A stretch of DNA of 64,000 nucleotides from Azolla caroliniana (taxonomy: Eukaryota; Plantae; Polypodiophyta). The notes below the pieces were generated by a model. The model worked only from the letters and a program-made list of their open reading frames with translations. It was not told where the DNA came from and ran no database searches. Each line of letters begins with the position of its first letter. Position 1 is the stretch's first letter. Both the position numbers and the translations under genes were made by a program. Of the stretch, positions 48,501-61,000 are shown piece by piece. The DNA lies in contig JBHGNT010000014.1 of the NCBI GenBank assembly GCA_043228905.1, positions 10,664,001 through 10,728,000 on the forward strand, given 5' to 3'.

Positions 48501-50630
48501 GCGGTGTGTGTCGGCAAGTGAATTCTCGCCGAATTCCTTCCTTTTAGAGATACGTCGTGAAATCGTCCGAGAAGTACTCCTTGCCGCCATCCGATCGAAG
48601 GCATCGTACATGTCGGCCCGTGGCTTTCTCGACTTCATTCTTGAAATTTTGGAAGTGTCCGAACACTTCGCTCTTTTGCCGCATCGGGTAGATCCAAGTG
48701 TGCCTAGAAAAGTCGTTGATGAAGAGCACGTAATATCAACATCCACCGAATGTCGCCGTTTGAGCCGGACCCCATACATCGGAATGAATTACGTTGAGTA
48801 CGCCTTTGCTCACATTCCGCTCCTTCGGAAATGGATGTCGGTGTTGCTTGCCGAATTGGCACGCTTCGCATACACCTTCAATCTCTTTCTCTTTGAATGT
48901 CGGGAGTCCAATGACGACTCCTTTTGATTTCATTGATTTGAGTTTGTTGAGATTGATGTGGCCGATTCGCTTATGCCATAGCTCTATGTCGGAGTCGGCT
49001 TTCGTGCTTTTCGCGAACATGGCGGATTTCATCTCGTGCAAATCGAGAATGAACATTCAACCCTCTCTTCTTCCGCGTGCGATGATTCAACCTTCTTTTT
49101 CGATGAAGCACCCTTCTTGGTCGAATCGTACTTGCATCCCTTGCTCAACCATTTGGCCGACCGAGACCAAATTCTTTGTGATGGTGGGTACATGCAAGAC
49201 ATTTTTAATGTATGTTTGCTTACCTCTTTCGCCTAACGGAACATTGCCGATGTGCTGAATCGGGTGCGTAGTGTCATCTCCGGTTTCGACATAACCGGGT
49301 CGCTCTGGCTCTCGAAGTTCAAGAAACCATTCTTTGTGGGATGTCATATGGTTTGAGGTTCCGGAGTCAACAAACCATATGTCCTCCGGATTGAGGGCAC
49401 TAGTTGAGGTAGAGGCCGACATAGACTTTGCTCTATGTTTCATCATGAACATTCCGCCATGGTCGGAGTTGTATGCGTACATTCCGCTATACTCTTCGTA
49501 GTCGGAATTGTGCGCGTAATTCGTGAGTTGTCGGCTTGTGGAAGCCGATTCATGCATCTTCTTTCGGCACTCTTCTTCGTGGTGGCCGAGCTTTCCGCAA
49601 TATCCTCATTTGATTGCGTTTTGACGGCTCGGGCCGGAGTGGAAGCTCCCCCTTCTTGCGAAGGTTCCTCGTTGGCCTCCGTTTTATGGCCGAAATTGGG
49701 AGTTGTTGTCGTAGGTCGGACCTTGTCCGCCTTGTCCTTGGCCGAATCGGCCTCTCGCTCGTCCGCGTCCTCTTCCTCCATTAGAGTGTGTGTAGAGCAT
49801 GTGGCCTTCCGACTCATTGCTCCTTGTACGCACGTGGTTTTCTTCGACCAATAGCATTGATTGGAGCTCGAGGAAGGAGGGAGATTTCTCCCGTGCTAGA
49901 ATGGCGGTTCGCATCGCGCCAAACCGTGGTGCGAGGCCGTCGAGGCATATTTGCACCATCTCATCATCATCTATACTTACGCTTATTGAGCCGAGCGAGT
50001 CACAAAGCTCCTTGATCTTCAAGGTGTATGTCGTGATGGACATATCCCTTTGTTGAATGTTGTTCAACTCTTGGCGGAGTTGAAGCTTCCTCGCGGTCGT
50101 GTTGGCGGCAAAAATCTTTCGTAGGTTTTCCCACACTTCCTTCGGCGTCTTGGCTTCTCGAATGTAACTGAGCATCTGGTCGTGAACACATGTCGCCAAA
50201 CAATACATCACGCGGCTTGCGGCTTGCTCCCATTTTGCGTATCCGGGAGCCGCTTCGGCGGGTCGGTCTTCATGCGCTCCTTTGATGTAGCTCCAATAGC
50301 CTTGTCCGACAAGGTATTGGTGCATCTTGTACTCCCAAGATGCGAAGTTGTTTCGATCCAACTTCTCGGTAGGGAGAGCGCTCCCCATTTGAGTAGTCAT
50401 TATGTCGATTCTTCTTCTTCTTCTTCTTCTTCTTCTCTCTTTGGATGTGAGCTATGTAGCGAAGCTATGGTAGCGATGAGCCGGTTCTTGGTCGTCGGCG
50501 TGGAGCACAACACACGATCACGATGAGGTGAATGGGCTAGATCGAGCTACCAAATCGCTCTGATACCATGTAAAGAATCAAGAGATGGATTCTTGTGAAG
50601 CGGAAGAGATGTGAGTTATGTGTGTGTGTA

Positions 50631-50724
<94 letters not shown>

Positions 50725-51024
50725 AATAATACACAGAGAATACGCAAAGTAAAAGTATATTGAAAAAGGAGAAAGACTCAACATTATACAAGGTGGGAGG
50801 AGGGTGCTTTATGTAGTCACCCTCTCTCTTCATTAACTACAAGCCTCATGGAGCATGGGAATGTGAAAGCTCATAAGTTATGTGTCATAGAATATGATTC
50901 TATGACTCATACTAAATGCTAGAATACAAAGTGGTGACATAATGGTGACTCTTGACCGTTGGAGTGTCTCTTCACTCTCAAGGTGAGTTAACACACTAGA
51001 CCAAGTTGAGCTTGATTCTCAACA
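45417..51024 (-). mobile_element. Copia F: full-length Ty1/copia
   Basis: LTRs at 45417-45856 and 50569-51024, each with an (AG)n tract; perfect TSD CACAG; PBS-Met at 50557-50568(-); PPT at 45857-45868(-). Confidence 0.96.
46135..50400 (-). pseudogene. Copia F gag-pol with several stops and frameshifts
   Basis: MTTQMGSALPTEKLDRNN.., [45 protein letters not shown]. Confidence 0.93.
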
Positions 51025-51224
51025 CACAGACAACTGGTAGAGTCGGGCAGGAGACGACGGCCAAAAAACGGTGACAAGTAGAGGTCTAACAACCGGACAG
51101 TCGGCTCAGTGTCAAGCGTACGACGATAACCAGCTACGACTGACGGACAGAAGATTGGAGAAGATAACTGCCAAAAGACAGACAAACAGGAATACAGAAA
51201 AGATGAAGGAGAAAGAAAGAAAGA

Positions 51225-52205
51225 AAGATATATTAACGTCTTCTGAGGCCAAAATTGGCCCATGAGACAGTTGGTTTGCAACAAAAATGAGTGTTTATCC
51301 AATCATCAAAACTAAAATAAAAGAAAATAGCTTAAGCTAAAAGAGTTCTAGTAGTGTACAAAACTTTGCACTAAGCCTAATTTCATTTCCACCCAAGTCT
51401 CTCAAAAAGAAGTGGGAGGTCAAAGGTTTTTGGTGTGGGTGTGACCCATGGTCCCGGTGTATAGAGTGCCCCTGCCATGGCTTCTAGGCGGTGTAGCTCA
51501 CGTTCCCTTATTTTCTTTATTGCTTCGACATCTCGTCGGGTTTCTTTGAAACCTGACATCCTAGGGCGTTTGGTTCTTCTTTGATTTTCTGCTTCATCAA
51601 GGAAAAACCCAAGTGGTGCAGGTGTGTCGACATTCATTGTCTCCCCATGTTCCTGAACAACTTCATTTGTTACATGTTGGTAAACATTAGCAACATTATT
51701 ATCAACGTCTTGTAACTTATTCTCTTTGTGTTGTTTTAATTCTAAGATATATCTGCCTAATTTCTTTATATCTAGTGTCTCTAATAGTTTAGGGAGGGTG
51801 GGAGAGGAACCAAGTATGTCTTGGTATTTTGCCCTTATCTCGGCATAGGTGGGACATTTGCATGTAAAATGTGTTGGTAGACAGGTCCCTCCGGATGGGA
51901 AGGGAGAAGAACAGTGCCGACGGACAAACTCGGCCGAGGCCGACAGGCCGAGGCCGAAACGGTATGAACCGGATGGGGAGAACCCGACTTCGGAGAGTCG
52001 GATGGTGTAGGCCCGGTATGAACCGGATGAGGAGTACCCGACTACGGAGAGCCGGATGGATCCCATCGAGGCTACATTTGTAAATAGCCGAAGAGTCATA
52101 TTAGTATAAATATGACTTAGGGCAAACTTTTAGTTTTTTTGTAGTTGTCGTTTTGTGATTATTCTTCGTTGTTGGTGCAAGAAAAAAAATCAGAGCGTGT
52201 AACTG

Positions 52206-52237
<32 letters not shown>

Positions 52238-52617
52238 CGAGGTCGTAGCCTCTGTTGTAACCGCCGCCTGTGGCGAAGATCTGAGATCACGAGGTCGTTG
52301 CCTCAGTGGTCTCACTGTTGTATATTTCTGCATAGTGATAGTTTGCAGCTTGTGGGCTGCCGTGGTTTTTCCCCTATTTTGGGGTTTTCCACGTATACCT
52401 CCTGTGTACCATTTCTCCTCTTTTGTGTCGCGTTTCATTACCTGTTTTTCTGTGTATGTAAAGAATCTCGGTTGTGGCCGAGCGTCGGACATAAGGAACG
52501 TCGAGTTCTCTACAAGTAAATGGTACTCATCCTCTATCTCTACGTGGCATAACCTACATATCCTTTCCTCCCTAGGGACTCCATTAGTACGTCCATTCAC
52601 AATCTCAAGCCGGTGAA
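51225..52617 (-). mobile_element. 5'-truncated LINE 3' end (RTE-like Cys/His motif), split by a solo LTR
   Basis: HRLEIVNGR..REERICRLCHVEIEDEYH|FTCKCPTYAEIR rejoins across 51872-52517; possible (CTTT)n tail near 51210-51228; boundaries approximate. Confidence 0.65.
51872..52514 (+). repeat. Solo LTR of a copia family related to the B LTR
   Basis: TGTTGGTAGACAGGTCCCTCCGG..CTCTACA; TSD AAATG with 3 extra nt on the right; homologous to 59950-60581. Confidence 0.9.
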
Positions 52618-52881
52618 GACAAACAGAACAGAACAGAAGAAGACAACCGAATAGGAACAAAAGAAGTTGAAGAGGAAGATAAAGAGGAAAATGAAACAAT
52701 AAGAAAGGGGCAGAAACCAAATTTCAAAAACAGAGGGGGCATGGTGAAGGATTTTCAAAATCGTGAGGGCATCGTCAAAAATTTAAGAACCGGAGGGCAG
52801 AAGGCCAAATTTCAAAAGCTCAAGGGCATAAGACGAAAAGTTAAAAACTTGAGGGTAAAAATAAAAATTGCAAAGACCAAA

Positions 52882-52994
52882 GGGTGCAAAAACATAAAAC
52901 TCACTTCACACGATGAAAGAAAAAACACATACACGCAACATGGGTGCAAAAACATAAAACTCACTTCACATGACAAAAGACATACACGCAACAT
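52882..52994 (+). repeat. 60-bp tandem duplication inside H
   Basis: GGGTGCAAAAACATAAAACTCACTTCACA at 52882 and 52942. Confidence 0.85.
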
Positions 52995-53468
52995 GATGTG
53001 CAATAGCCGGTTGGTGTGTGATCCAATCGAGAGATGTGCTGACCGAACAAGAATGTTCGCATAAAGCAAAGCTCCGATCGAAGTTATCGATCATAGAGCA
53101 ATGATCCGATCGAGGGATTTCTGACCGTTGAGACGACTGATGGAGTTCTGGTCGAAAAGACTTGTTATGGCGAGTGGGTTCTCCGTGTGATGCATTGTCC
53201 CACAGGCATGCCATGTGCTACCCGTAGGAGTGTATGGGCGGTGTACGGGTGGAACACCATTATGTGGTTGATGTGTATGTGTAATGTATATGAGTGTGTG
53301 TATGAATATATGCACATTTATGTTAAATGTGCATGTGTAATGGTCTTATTTGTAATAGTCATATTATGTAACTGTTACATTTGATGTACTATATAAACCC
53401 CTTATGGGGCCTGTAATGAAATATACATTTTCCCCTCACATTTTGTGTCATTACATTCTCCCCTTCTT

Positions 53469-53516
<48 letters not shown>

Positions 53517-56500
53517 GTAACCCCCTTGGGAGGGGAGTGGATCCATTCTTGGCTTCACCCCCCCACCCATAATAGAGGGTTGGTGTCGAAGTTTAGAGCA
53601 TTCTGAATGGCAGTCTGCAGGAGGGAGAATATGCCTTCGTTTTTCGAGCTTCAATCGATGTTGCTCGTAGAAGAAAACCACTCGGATGCGTCGACAAGTA
53701 CGCACACCGACAACAAGATGTTGTACACGGAGGCGGATTGGCCCCGTGGTTGTGGTGGACGAGGCGGGTCGGCATGCAATGGAAGCGGCTGACAAGAGCA
53801 GAACTCGACGCATAATGGTAATGCCAACAACAGTTCCGAACCCTCCACGAGTGGAGGGAGTCAAGGCGGTGTCGGAAGTCAGCAAGGAAAGGCTGCAACG
53901 GATTGTTGGTATTGTGGCAAGAAAAGCCACAAGGAGAGTGAGTGTTGGAAGAAGCGTGCCGATTCGGACAAAGCCAGATCGAGCCAAGGAGACGTAGATA
54001 GGTGTTAAAGATCGCACTACGTTGAAGGCTCAGGGCGAGTCGAAACAGGCCCAACCTTCGTCATGAAGCATTAGGCCAACTCGATGGAGGTGAACACCTC
54101 AAGGTCGAACGAGGTGTGGTATGTGGATTCGGGCACATCAAACCTCATGAAGAATCACAAGGAGTGGTTCTCAACTCTAGCGAAGCCGGAGCAGCCAGGG
54201 GTTGTCGAAACTGGCGACGTCACCCCTCACCCCATTGAACATATCGGAGATGTCCCTTTGAGCCATGTTGGCCAAAAAGGGATAATGAGAAATGTCTTGC
54301 ATGTGCCGACAATCACCAAGAATCTGGTGTCGGTTCGACAAATAGTCAACCAGGGCATGGAAGTTCGATCTACTCATCTTGGGTGCCTCATAGAGGAAGA
54401 AGGCAAGATCATCGTGCAAGGGCGCCGAGAAGGGAGGATGTTTATCCTCGAGACGAATGACGTAGGCACCGCTATGTTTGCAAAGGGGCAAAATGTCGAA
54501 TCGGATATCAACTTGTGGCACAAGCGGTTTGGCCATGTCAACTTCCCGCGGCTTTGGGAAATGCAGACAAAAAACATCGTTTTCGGCTTGCCGAAATTTA
54601 GTGGCCGAAAGAGCCAAGTCTGTGAAGCCTACCAATTAAGGAAGCATCACTGACTTCCATTCCCAAATGAAAGAAATCGGAGTCGAAACAAGCTTGATTT
54701 AATCCATTTGGATGTGTGGGGACTGACGCAGAACGTGAGTATCGGTGGAAGTCGTTACTTTGTAACCTTCATCGATGACTACACTTGGCACACTTGGGCA
54801 TGCTTGATTGAGAAGAAATGTGAAGCCTTCTCCTGCTTCTTGAAGGTGAAAAGCCTTGCCAAACAAGTGAAAGGTCAAGTGCCTAAGGTCCAATGGTGAA
54901 AAAGGGTACTCTTTTGACCAATTCTCGTGCTATTTGCAGAAGGAAGGAATTCGACATGAATTTTCTTGCAGATACACACTAGAGTAGAATGGTGTGGCCG
55001 AGAGGAAGATTTAGACAATTGAAGAAGTGGCCAAGGCAATGCTTGAAAAAAAGCATATACCAAAATTCTACTGGGCTGAAGCCTTCAGGACGGTGGTATA
55101 CATGTAGAATTCGACTTTTGCAAATGGAGGAGTGTCACCAGACGAGTTGTACTTCGGGAAGAAGCCCAAATTGGCACACTTGAGGGTATTCGGTAACATT
55201 GCTTATGTGCATGTGCTGAAGGAGAAGTGGGGGAAGCTAGACGCGAAAGCCGAGAAGTGTATCTTGGATGAGCAAAAGGATTATAAATGTTATGAAGCTT
55301 GAACGAAAGAGGTTCGAGTAAGCCGAGATGTCGTTTTCGACGAGTTAGCTTCATGGTACTTGCCTTCACCTCCAACCCCCATGCACTCCATTCCGATTTC
55401 TGAGGAAGAGGCTAGTGAGGCAGAGTTGTCCTTAAATGAGGAGGCATTCAGAGGTCTGGAGGAGAGCCCGGTTTCATTTAAGCTAAGCGGGCAGAACGAG
55501 CGACTAAGTCGAAAGGACCAGTTAGATGAAGAGTCGGCGAGTAGTGGAGAGTTGGTCGTGCAGTCCCCATGCCAGCAATCGAGGGGACGCTTTACGCACA
55601 AAGAGAAGGGGAAGATGAAGATGCCGGAATATGGTAGTGAGGCCAATACATCAGATCGAAGCGAGTTTGATGTGGCCAATAGCAAAGAGGGACCTTCGAA
55701 AACGAGGTTGAAGTTGACCGAGTGGGCCACGAAATCGGCCAACCAACAGTTGTGCTGATCCACCCTCTAGATGAATCCTGTAATTCGGTATGAGTACACT
55801 GAGTATATGGCGCATCGTTATGCGTATATGGCAAAGGTGGCAACAATGTGTGAGCCAGAGAGCTACGCAGAAGCGGCGAAGGATGCCAATTGGCGGAAAG
55901 TCATGAGGAAGACATGCAAGTATTATCGGAGAACGAGAGTTGGGACCTGGTTGATGCCCCAAAGGGTGTAAAACTAATCAGATGCAGGTGGGTGTACAAG
56001 GTCAAGTACAACGTCGATGGCTTCGTCAACTGATATAAGGCCCGATTGGTGGCCAAGGACTATGAGCAAAAACACGATGTTGATTACTGTTGAGATACAA
56101 GATCAACGTAGGGTGCATAAACGGGTGCATAGACTGGGTGCGTAAAACCATACGCACAAAGGCCGTTAGAGCGTTATTCCTCGTAAGGAATAATTTTGGG
56201 AGTTCGTGTAGGAGGCTCATTAATGAGCATTGAAGTATGTGTTAGTACTCTGACAGTACTTCGGTCTGTCAGTAAGGACTTGTATAAAAAGTGCTGATTG
56301 CGTGCATCTTGTAGAGAGTGACAAAGAGTTCTTGTGTTCTGCTCACACACACACACTCTCTCTCCTGCATACATTGTGTTTTGTTCAAGCTCTCCATTAA
56401 ACCTTCTCTTTGTCGACTGTGTTACATAGTTGTGTCTGTTACACTTCCGCATACACTATTCTTTTACATGGTATCAGAGCGCGAGGGTTGAAATCCTCTA

Positions 56501-58028
56501 GTGCTGAAAAACAGACAAACATCACTGTGAAGAACTGAAGAGAAATAAGAATGGATAGAGGAATGGCTAGCTCGCTTCCGACGGAGAAGCTCGACAAAAG
56601 AAACTATGCATCATGAGCGTACAAGATGCACCAGTACCTGCTTGGGCACGACTATTGGAGTTATGTCGATGGAGCTAAGGACACAACACCCGAATCAACA
56701 CATAGAGTCTTCCCGGACCTGGGAGCAGGCGGCAAGCAGAGTTCTATACTGCCTTGCGTCCTCTGTGAGAGACCAGCTCTTGAGCTACATTCGGGATGCC
56801 AAGATGCCAAAGGACGCGTGGGCGAATCTTAAGAGAATTTTTGCCATGAGCACAACGGCCAAGAAGCTGTAGCTCAGATAGGGGCTCAACAATGTCTGAC
56901 AGAAAGATCTGTCTGTGGCCGATTACACGGCCCGAATCAAGGAAATCTGCGATTCTCTCGCCTTCGTCAACGTGAACGTCGAGGAAGATGAAATGGTGCA
57001 GATGTGCCTTGGAGGGCTAGCGCCCAAATTCGTAGCTTTCCGAACTGCGGTCTGCACAAGGGAGAATACACCATCGTTCTTCGAGCTTCAATCTATGTTT
57101 CTCGTAGAGGAAAACCACATGGGTGTGTCGATAAGTACGCACGTTGACAACAAGAGGTTGTACACGGAGGAAGATAGGCCCCGTGGTCGTGGCGGACAAG
57201 TCGGATCGGTGCACAATGGGGGCGGCCGACAAGAGCAGAACAGGCGGCATAATCGGAATGCCGGAAGTAGTTTTGAACACTCTAGAAGTAGGGGAAGTCA
57301 TGGCGGCACCGGAAACCGGCAAGAGAAGGCTGCGACGGATTGCTGGTACTGTGGCAAGAAAGGCCACAAGGAGCGCGACTGCTGGAGAAAGAGAGCCGAT
57401 TCGGATAAAGCCAGATCGAGCGGAAGAGACGTAGATAGGTGTCAAAGGTCGCACTAGGTGGAAGGCTTTGAATGAGCCAGAAATGGCTCCAGCCCAACCT
57501 TCGTAATGAAGCACAAGGCTAATTTGATGGCCGTGAACACCACTGGAGCAGACGAGGTGTGGTATGTTGACTCTAGAGCGTCAAATCATATGACGAGTCA
57601 CGAGGAATGGTTCTCGTACTTGGAGAAACCGGAAAAACAAGGAGTGGTCGAAACTGGAGATGACACTCCGCATACCATCGAACATGTCGGTGAAGTTCCC
57701 CTCAGTCACGTTAGACAGAAAGGGAAGCTCATGAACATGCTACACGTCCCGACAATAACCAAGAACCTGGTGTCAGTTGGATAGATCGTCGACCAAGGGA
57801 TGCAAGTTCGTTTCATGCATCTTGGGTGCTACATCAAAGAAGAAGGCAAAGTTATTGCGCAAGGGCGCCATGAAGGGAGGATGTTTATCCTCGACACCAA
57901 TCAAGCTGAAACTGGGCTGTTCGCGAAAGGACAGAAGGTTGAGTCGAACATCGACCTGTGGCATAAGCGGTTCAACCATATCAATTTCCTGAGGCTTCGA
58001 GAGATGCAGACGAAAAACATAGTGTTCG

Positions 58029-61000
58029 TGTTAAGAATTAGGTAAGTAATTAAGAGTTAATTAGTACGTAATTATGTGATTAAGTTAAGTGCGGAAGATT
58101 ATGTGATATATGTGTGAGAGGAAGAGAGAGAAGAGAGATACACTTATGAACAACACCAGATGGGGGATGAGTAAACTAGAGTGTATATTATAAAACATCA
58201 TCAAATACAAAAATACCCACAATGAGGTATAGATACATCTCATGTGCAAGGGTGCACATGTGTGAGTGGAATATAGGTACTAAGGTGTAAGTCCTATATT
58301 AAATGTACTTAGGAGTGGAGGACCTAGAATATCCCACTTAAGTACAAGGTCCTATTTAAGGCGTTATAGTCAACACTTCTAACTAGATTCTATCTAGGTA
58401 ACCACGACGTTACATGGTTGACTAACTAACTAAAGTAAGTTGAGCTTGATCTCTCAACATGCCCCCTCAAGCTCATGTGTGAGGCATCCGACATCCGCTT
58501 TGGCTTTCGTCGGCTTCGTGTGCTTCCGTCCGGCCTTCGGCTTTCTTCGCCGTGGCAATCTCGGTTCCTCCCCCACAAGCCGGTGACAAAGGCTTGTAGC
58601 GTGTGGGTGAATGTTGACTACTTCTACCCATCGTGGGTTACGAGCTGCTTCGGTGGAGCTCTTGGGTTCTTGTTTGCCTGCTACCTTCATCGCGAAGGCG
58701 TAATGATGGTCCATATACTCGTTGTAGCCGAGCCGAGTGACGAGATTCTTCTCTCTAGAATAGTGTTGAAGTTTTTCGCTCGCCGATGTGAGCGCCTTCT
58801 TTGCTCCGGGTGTCCGCATGATGGACACCGAACTCACTGTCTAGTGAGGGAGTCGACACATCCGAATCACTATTGTTGGGGTCATCGACTTCGTATTCGG
58901 GCATCTTACCTTTGCCTTTGTCCAAGTTCGTACTTGTCCGCGACGTGCTTGGGTCGCGTGGGGGCTCTTGTGGCCCACTAGGCTTTGTTGTAATCGGACT
59001 TTCTTCGAACATGTGTTCGAATCGATCTCCATCTTCTACCTCTTGTTTGGCGGATTCGGGGTCGATTGGTGTCGGAGTTGAAGTTGCCTCTGGTGCGTAC
59101 CATGATGCGAACTCGTCGAAGACTACATCTCGACTTACCTGAACCGCTTGGGTAGAAGGGTTGTAACACTTGTACGCCTTCTTCTTGGATGAGTATCCTA
59201 TGAGGATACATTCCTTCGACTTCATGTCGGGCTTCTGTCGTTGTTCGTTCGGGATGCGTACATTCGCAATGCATCCGAACACCTTGAGGTGTGAGAGGAT
59301 CGGCTTCCTTCCGACGAGGAGCTCGTATGGAGTTAGCTCATGAACTCCATTGGTGGTGCACCGGTTCATGAGATAGACGGCCATGGATGCCGCTTCGGCC
59401 CAATAGAAATTCGGCATGTGCTTCTCATGCATCATGGTGCGTGCTACCTTGAGTATTTGCCAATTCTTCCTTTCAGTGACTCCATTTTGTTGAGGTGTGT
59501 GTCGGCACGAGAATTCTCTCCGAATGCCTTCACTTTGGCGGTAGGAGGTGAATTCGTCAGAGAAGTACTCCTTTCCTCCATCCGATCGTAGGCATCGAAT
59601 GTGCCGTTCGGTTTCTTTTTCGACTTGCCCCTTGAGCTTTTGGAAGTGGGAGAACAGTTCGCTCTTCTTCTTCATCGGGTAGATCCATGCGTAGTGCGAG
59701 TAGTCGTCGATGAAGGTTACGTAGTATTGACATTTGCCGATTGTTGGCGTTTGAGCCGGTCCCCATACATTTGAGTGTACAATGTCGAGGAGGCCTTTGC
59801 TCGTGTGGCTCTCCTTTGGGAATGGGAGTCGATGTTGTTTGCCGAGTTGACACACTTCGCATACTTGGTCGACTCGTTTCAACTCTAATGTCGGAAGTCT
59901 GATGACGACTCCCTTCGTTTGCATCGCTCGAAGCCGTTGGAGGTTTATGTGTTGGGAGACAGGTCCCTCCGGATGGGAAGGGAGAAGAACAGTGCCGACG
60001 AACAAACTCGGCCGAGACCGACAGGCCGAGGCCGAAACGGTATGAACCGGATGGGGAGTACCCGACTGCGGAGAGCCAGATGGTGTAGGCCCGGTATGAA
60101 CCGGATGGGGAGTACCCGACTACGGAGAGACGGATGGGAGCCCATCGAGGCTACATTTGTAAATAGCCGAAAAGTCATATTAGTATAAATATGACTTAGG
60201 GCAAACTTTTAGTTGTGTCGTTTTTTTTGTTGTCGTTACTCTTCCTTGTTGGTGCAAGAAGAAGATAGAGCGCGTAACTGTACAGAGAGAGAGAGAGATA
60301 GAGACGAGGTCGTTGCCTCTGTTGTAACCGCCACCTGTGGCGAAGATCTGAGTGCACGAGGTCGTTGCCTCAGTGAACTCACTGTTGTATATTCCTACAT
60401 AGTGACAGTTTGCAGCCTGTGGGCTGCCGTGGTTTTTCCCCTATTTTGGGGTTTTCCACGTAAACCTCCTGTGTACCATTTCTCACCTTTGTGACGTGTT
60501 TCATTACCTGTTTTTCTTGTGTATGAAAAGAATCTCGGTTGTGGCCGAGCGTCGGACATAAGGAACGTCGAGTTCTCAACATTATGTGGCCGAATCTCTT
60601 GTGCCACAACTCGATTCTTGTCTCGGTTTTGAGATTTTTAGCATACATTGCCGATTTCACCTCGTTCAAATCGAGGATGAACATTCGGCCGTCTCTCCAC
60701 CCCTTAGCTATGAGTCAACCATATTTCTCAATGAAACAACCTTCCTTGTTGAAGCGGACTTGCATGCCTTGCTCCACGATTTGGCCAACCCAGACCAAAT
60801 TCTTCGTTATTGTGGGCACGTGCAAGACATTCTTGATGCAAATTTGCTCGCCTTCTTTCCCGAATGGGACATTGCCGATGTGCCGAATGGGGTGCGTGGT
60901 GTGGTCTCCCGTCTCTATGAAGCCGGTTCGATCCGGCGTTCGTAAATCATGGAACCACTCTTCGTGAGATGTCATGTGATGTGAGGCGCCGGAGTCGACA

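Larger units (their letters stand above)
44279..53574 (-). mobile_element. H: non-autonomous LTR element with tRNA-Arg-like (Tat-type) PBS, containing nested insertions
   Basis: Diverged direct terminal repeats at 44279-44593 and 53216-53574; TSD GAAGG/GAGGG; minus-strand TGGCATGCCTGTGGGAC at 53197-53213; no recognisable coding domains of its own. Confidence 0.75.
43265..56087 (+). mobile_element. Copia G (E-like family), degenerate; split by H and interrupted in RT by J; 3' part expected beyond the window
   Basis: 5' LTR at 43265-43709; PBS-Met at 43710-43721; gag at 43814-44278 resumes at 53580 (..CLG|GLVSKF); PR, IN and RT start run to ..HDVDY at 56087. Confidence 0.88.

Noticed and set aside
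56088-56468. 3' LTR of copia G
   Set aside because: It is followed by a PBS and a new gag, has no preceding PPT, and interrupts the G RT; it is the 5' LTR of J
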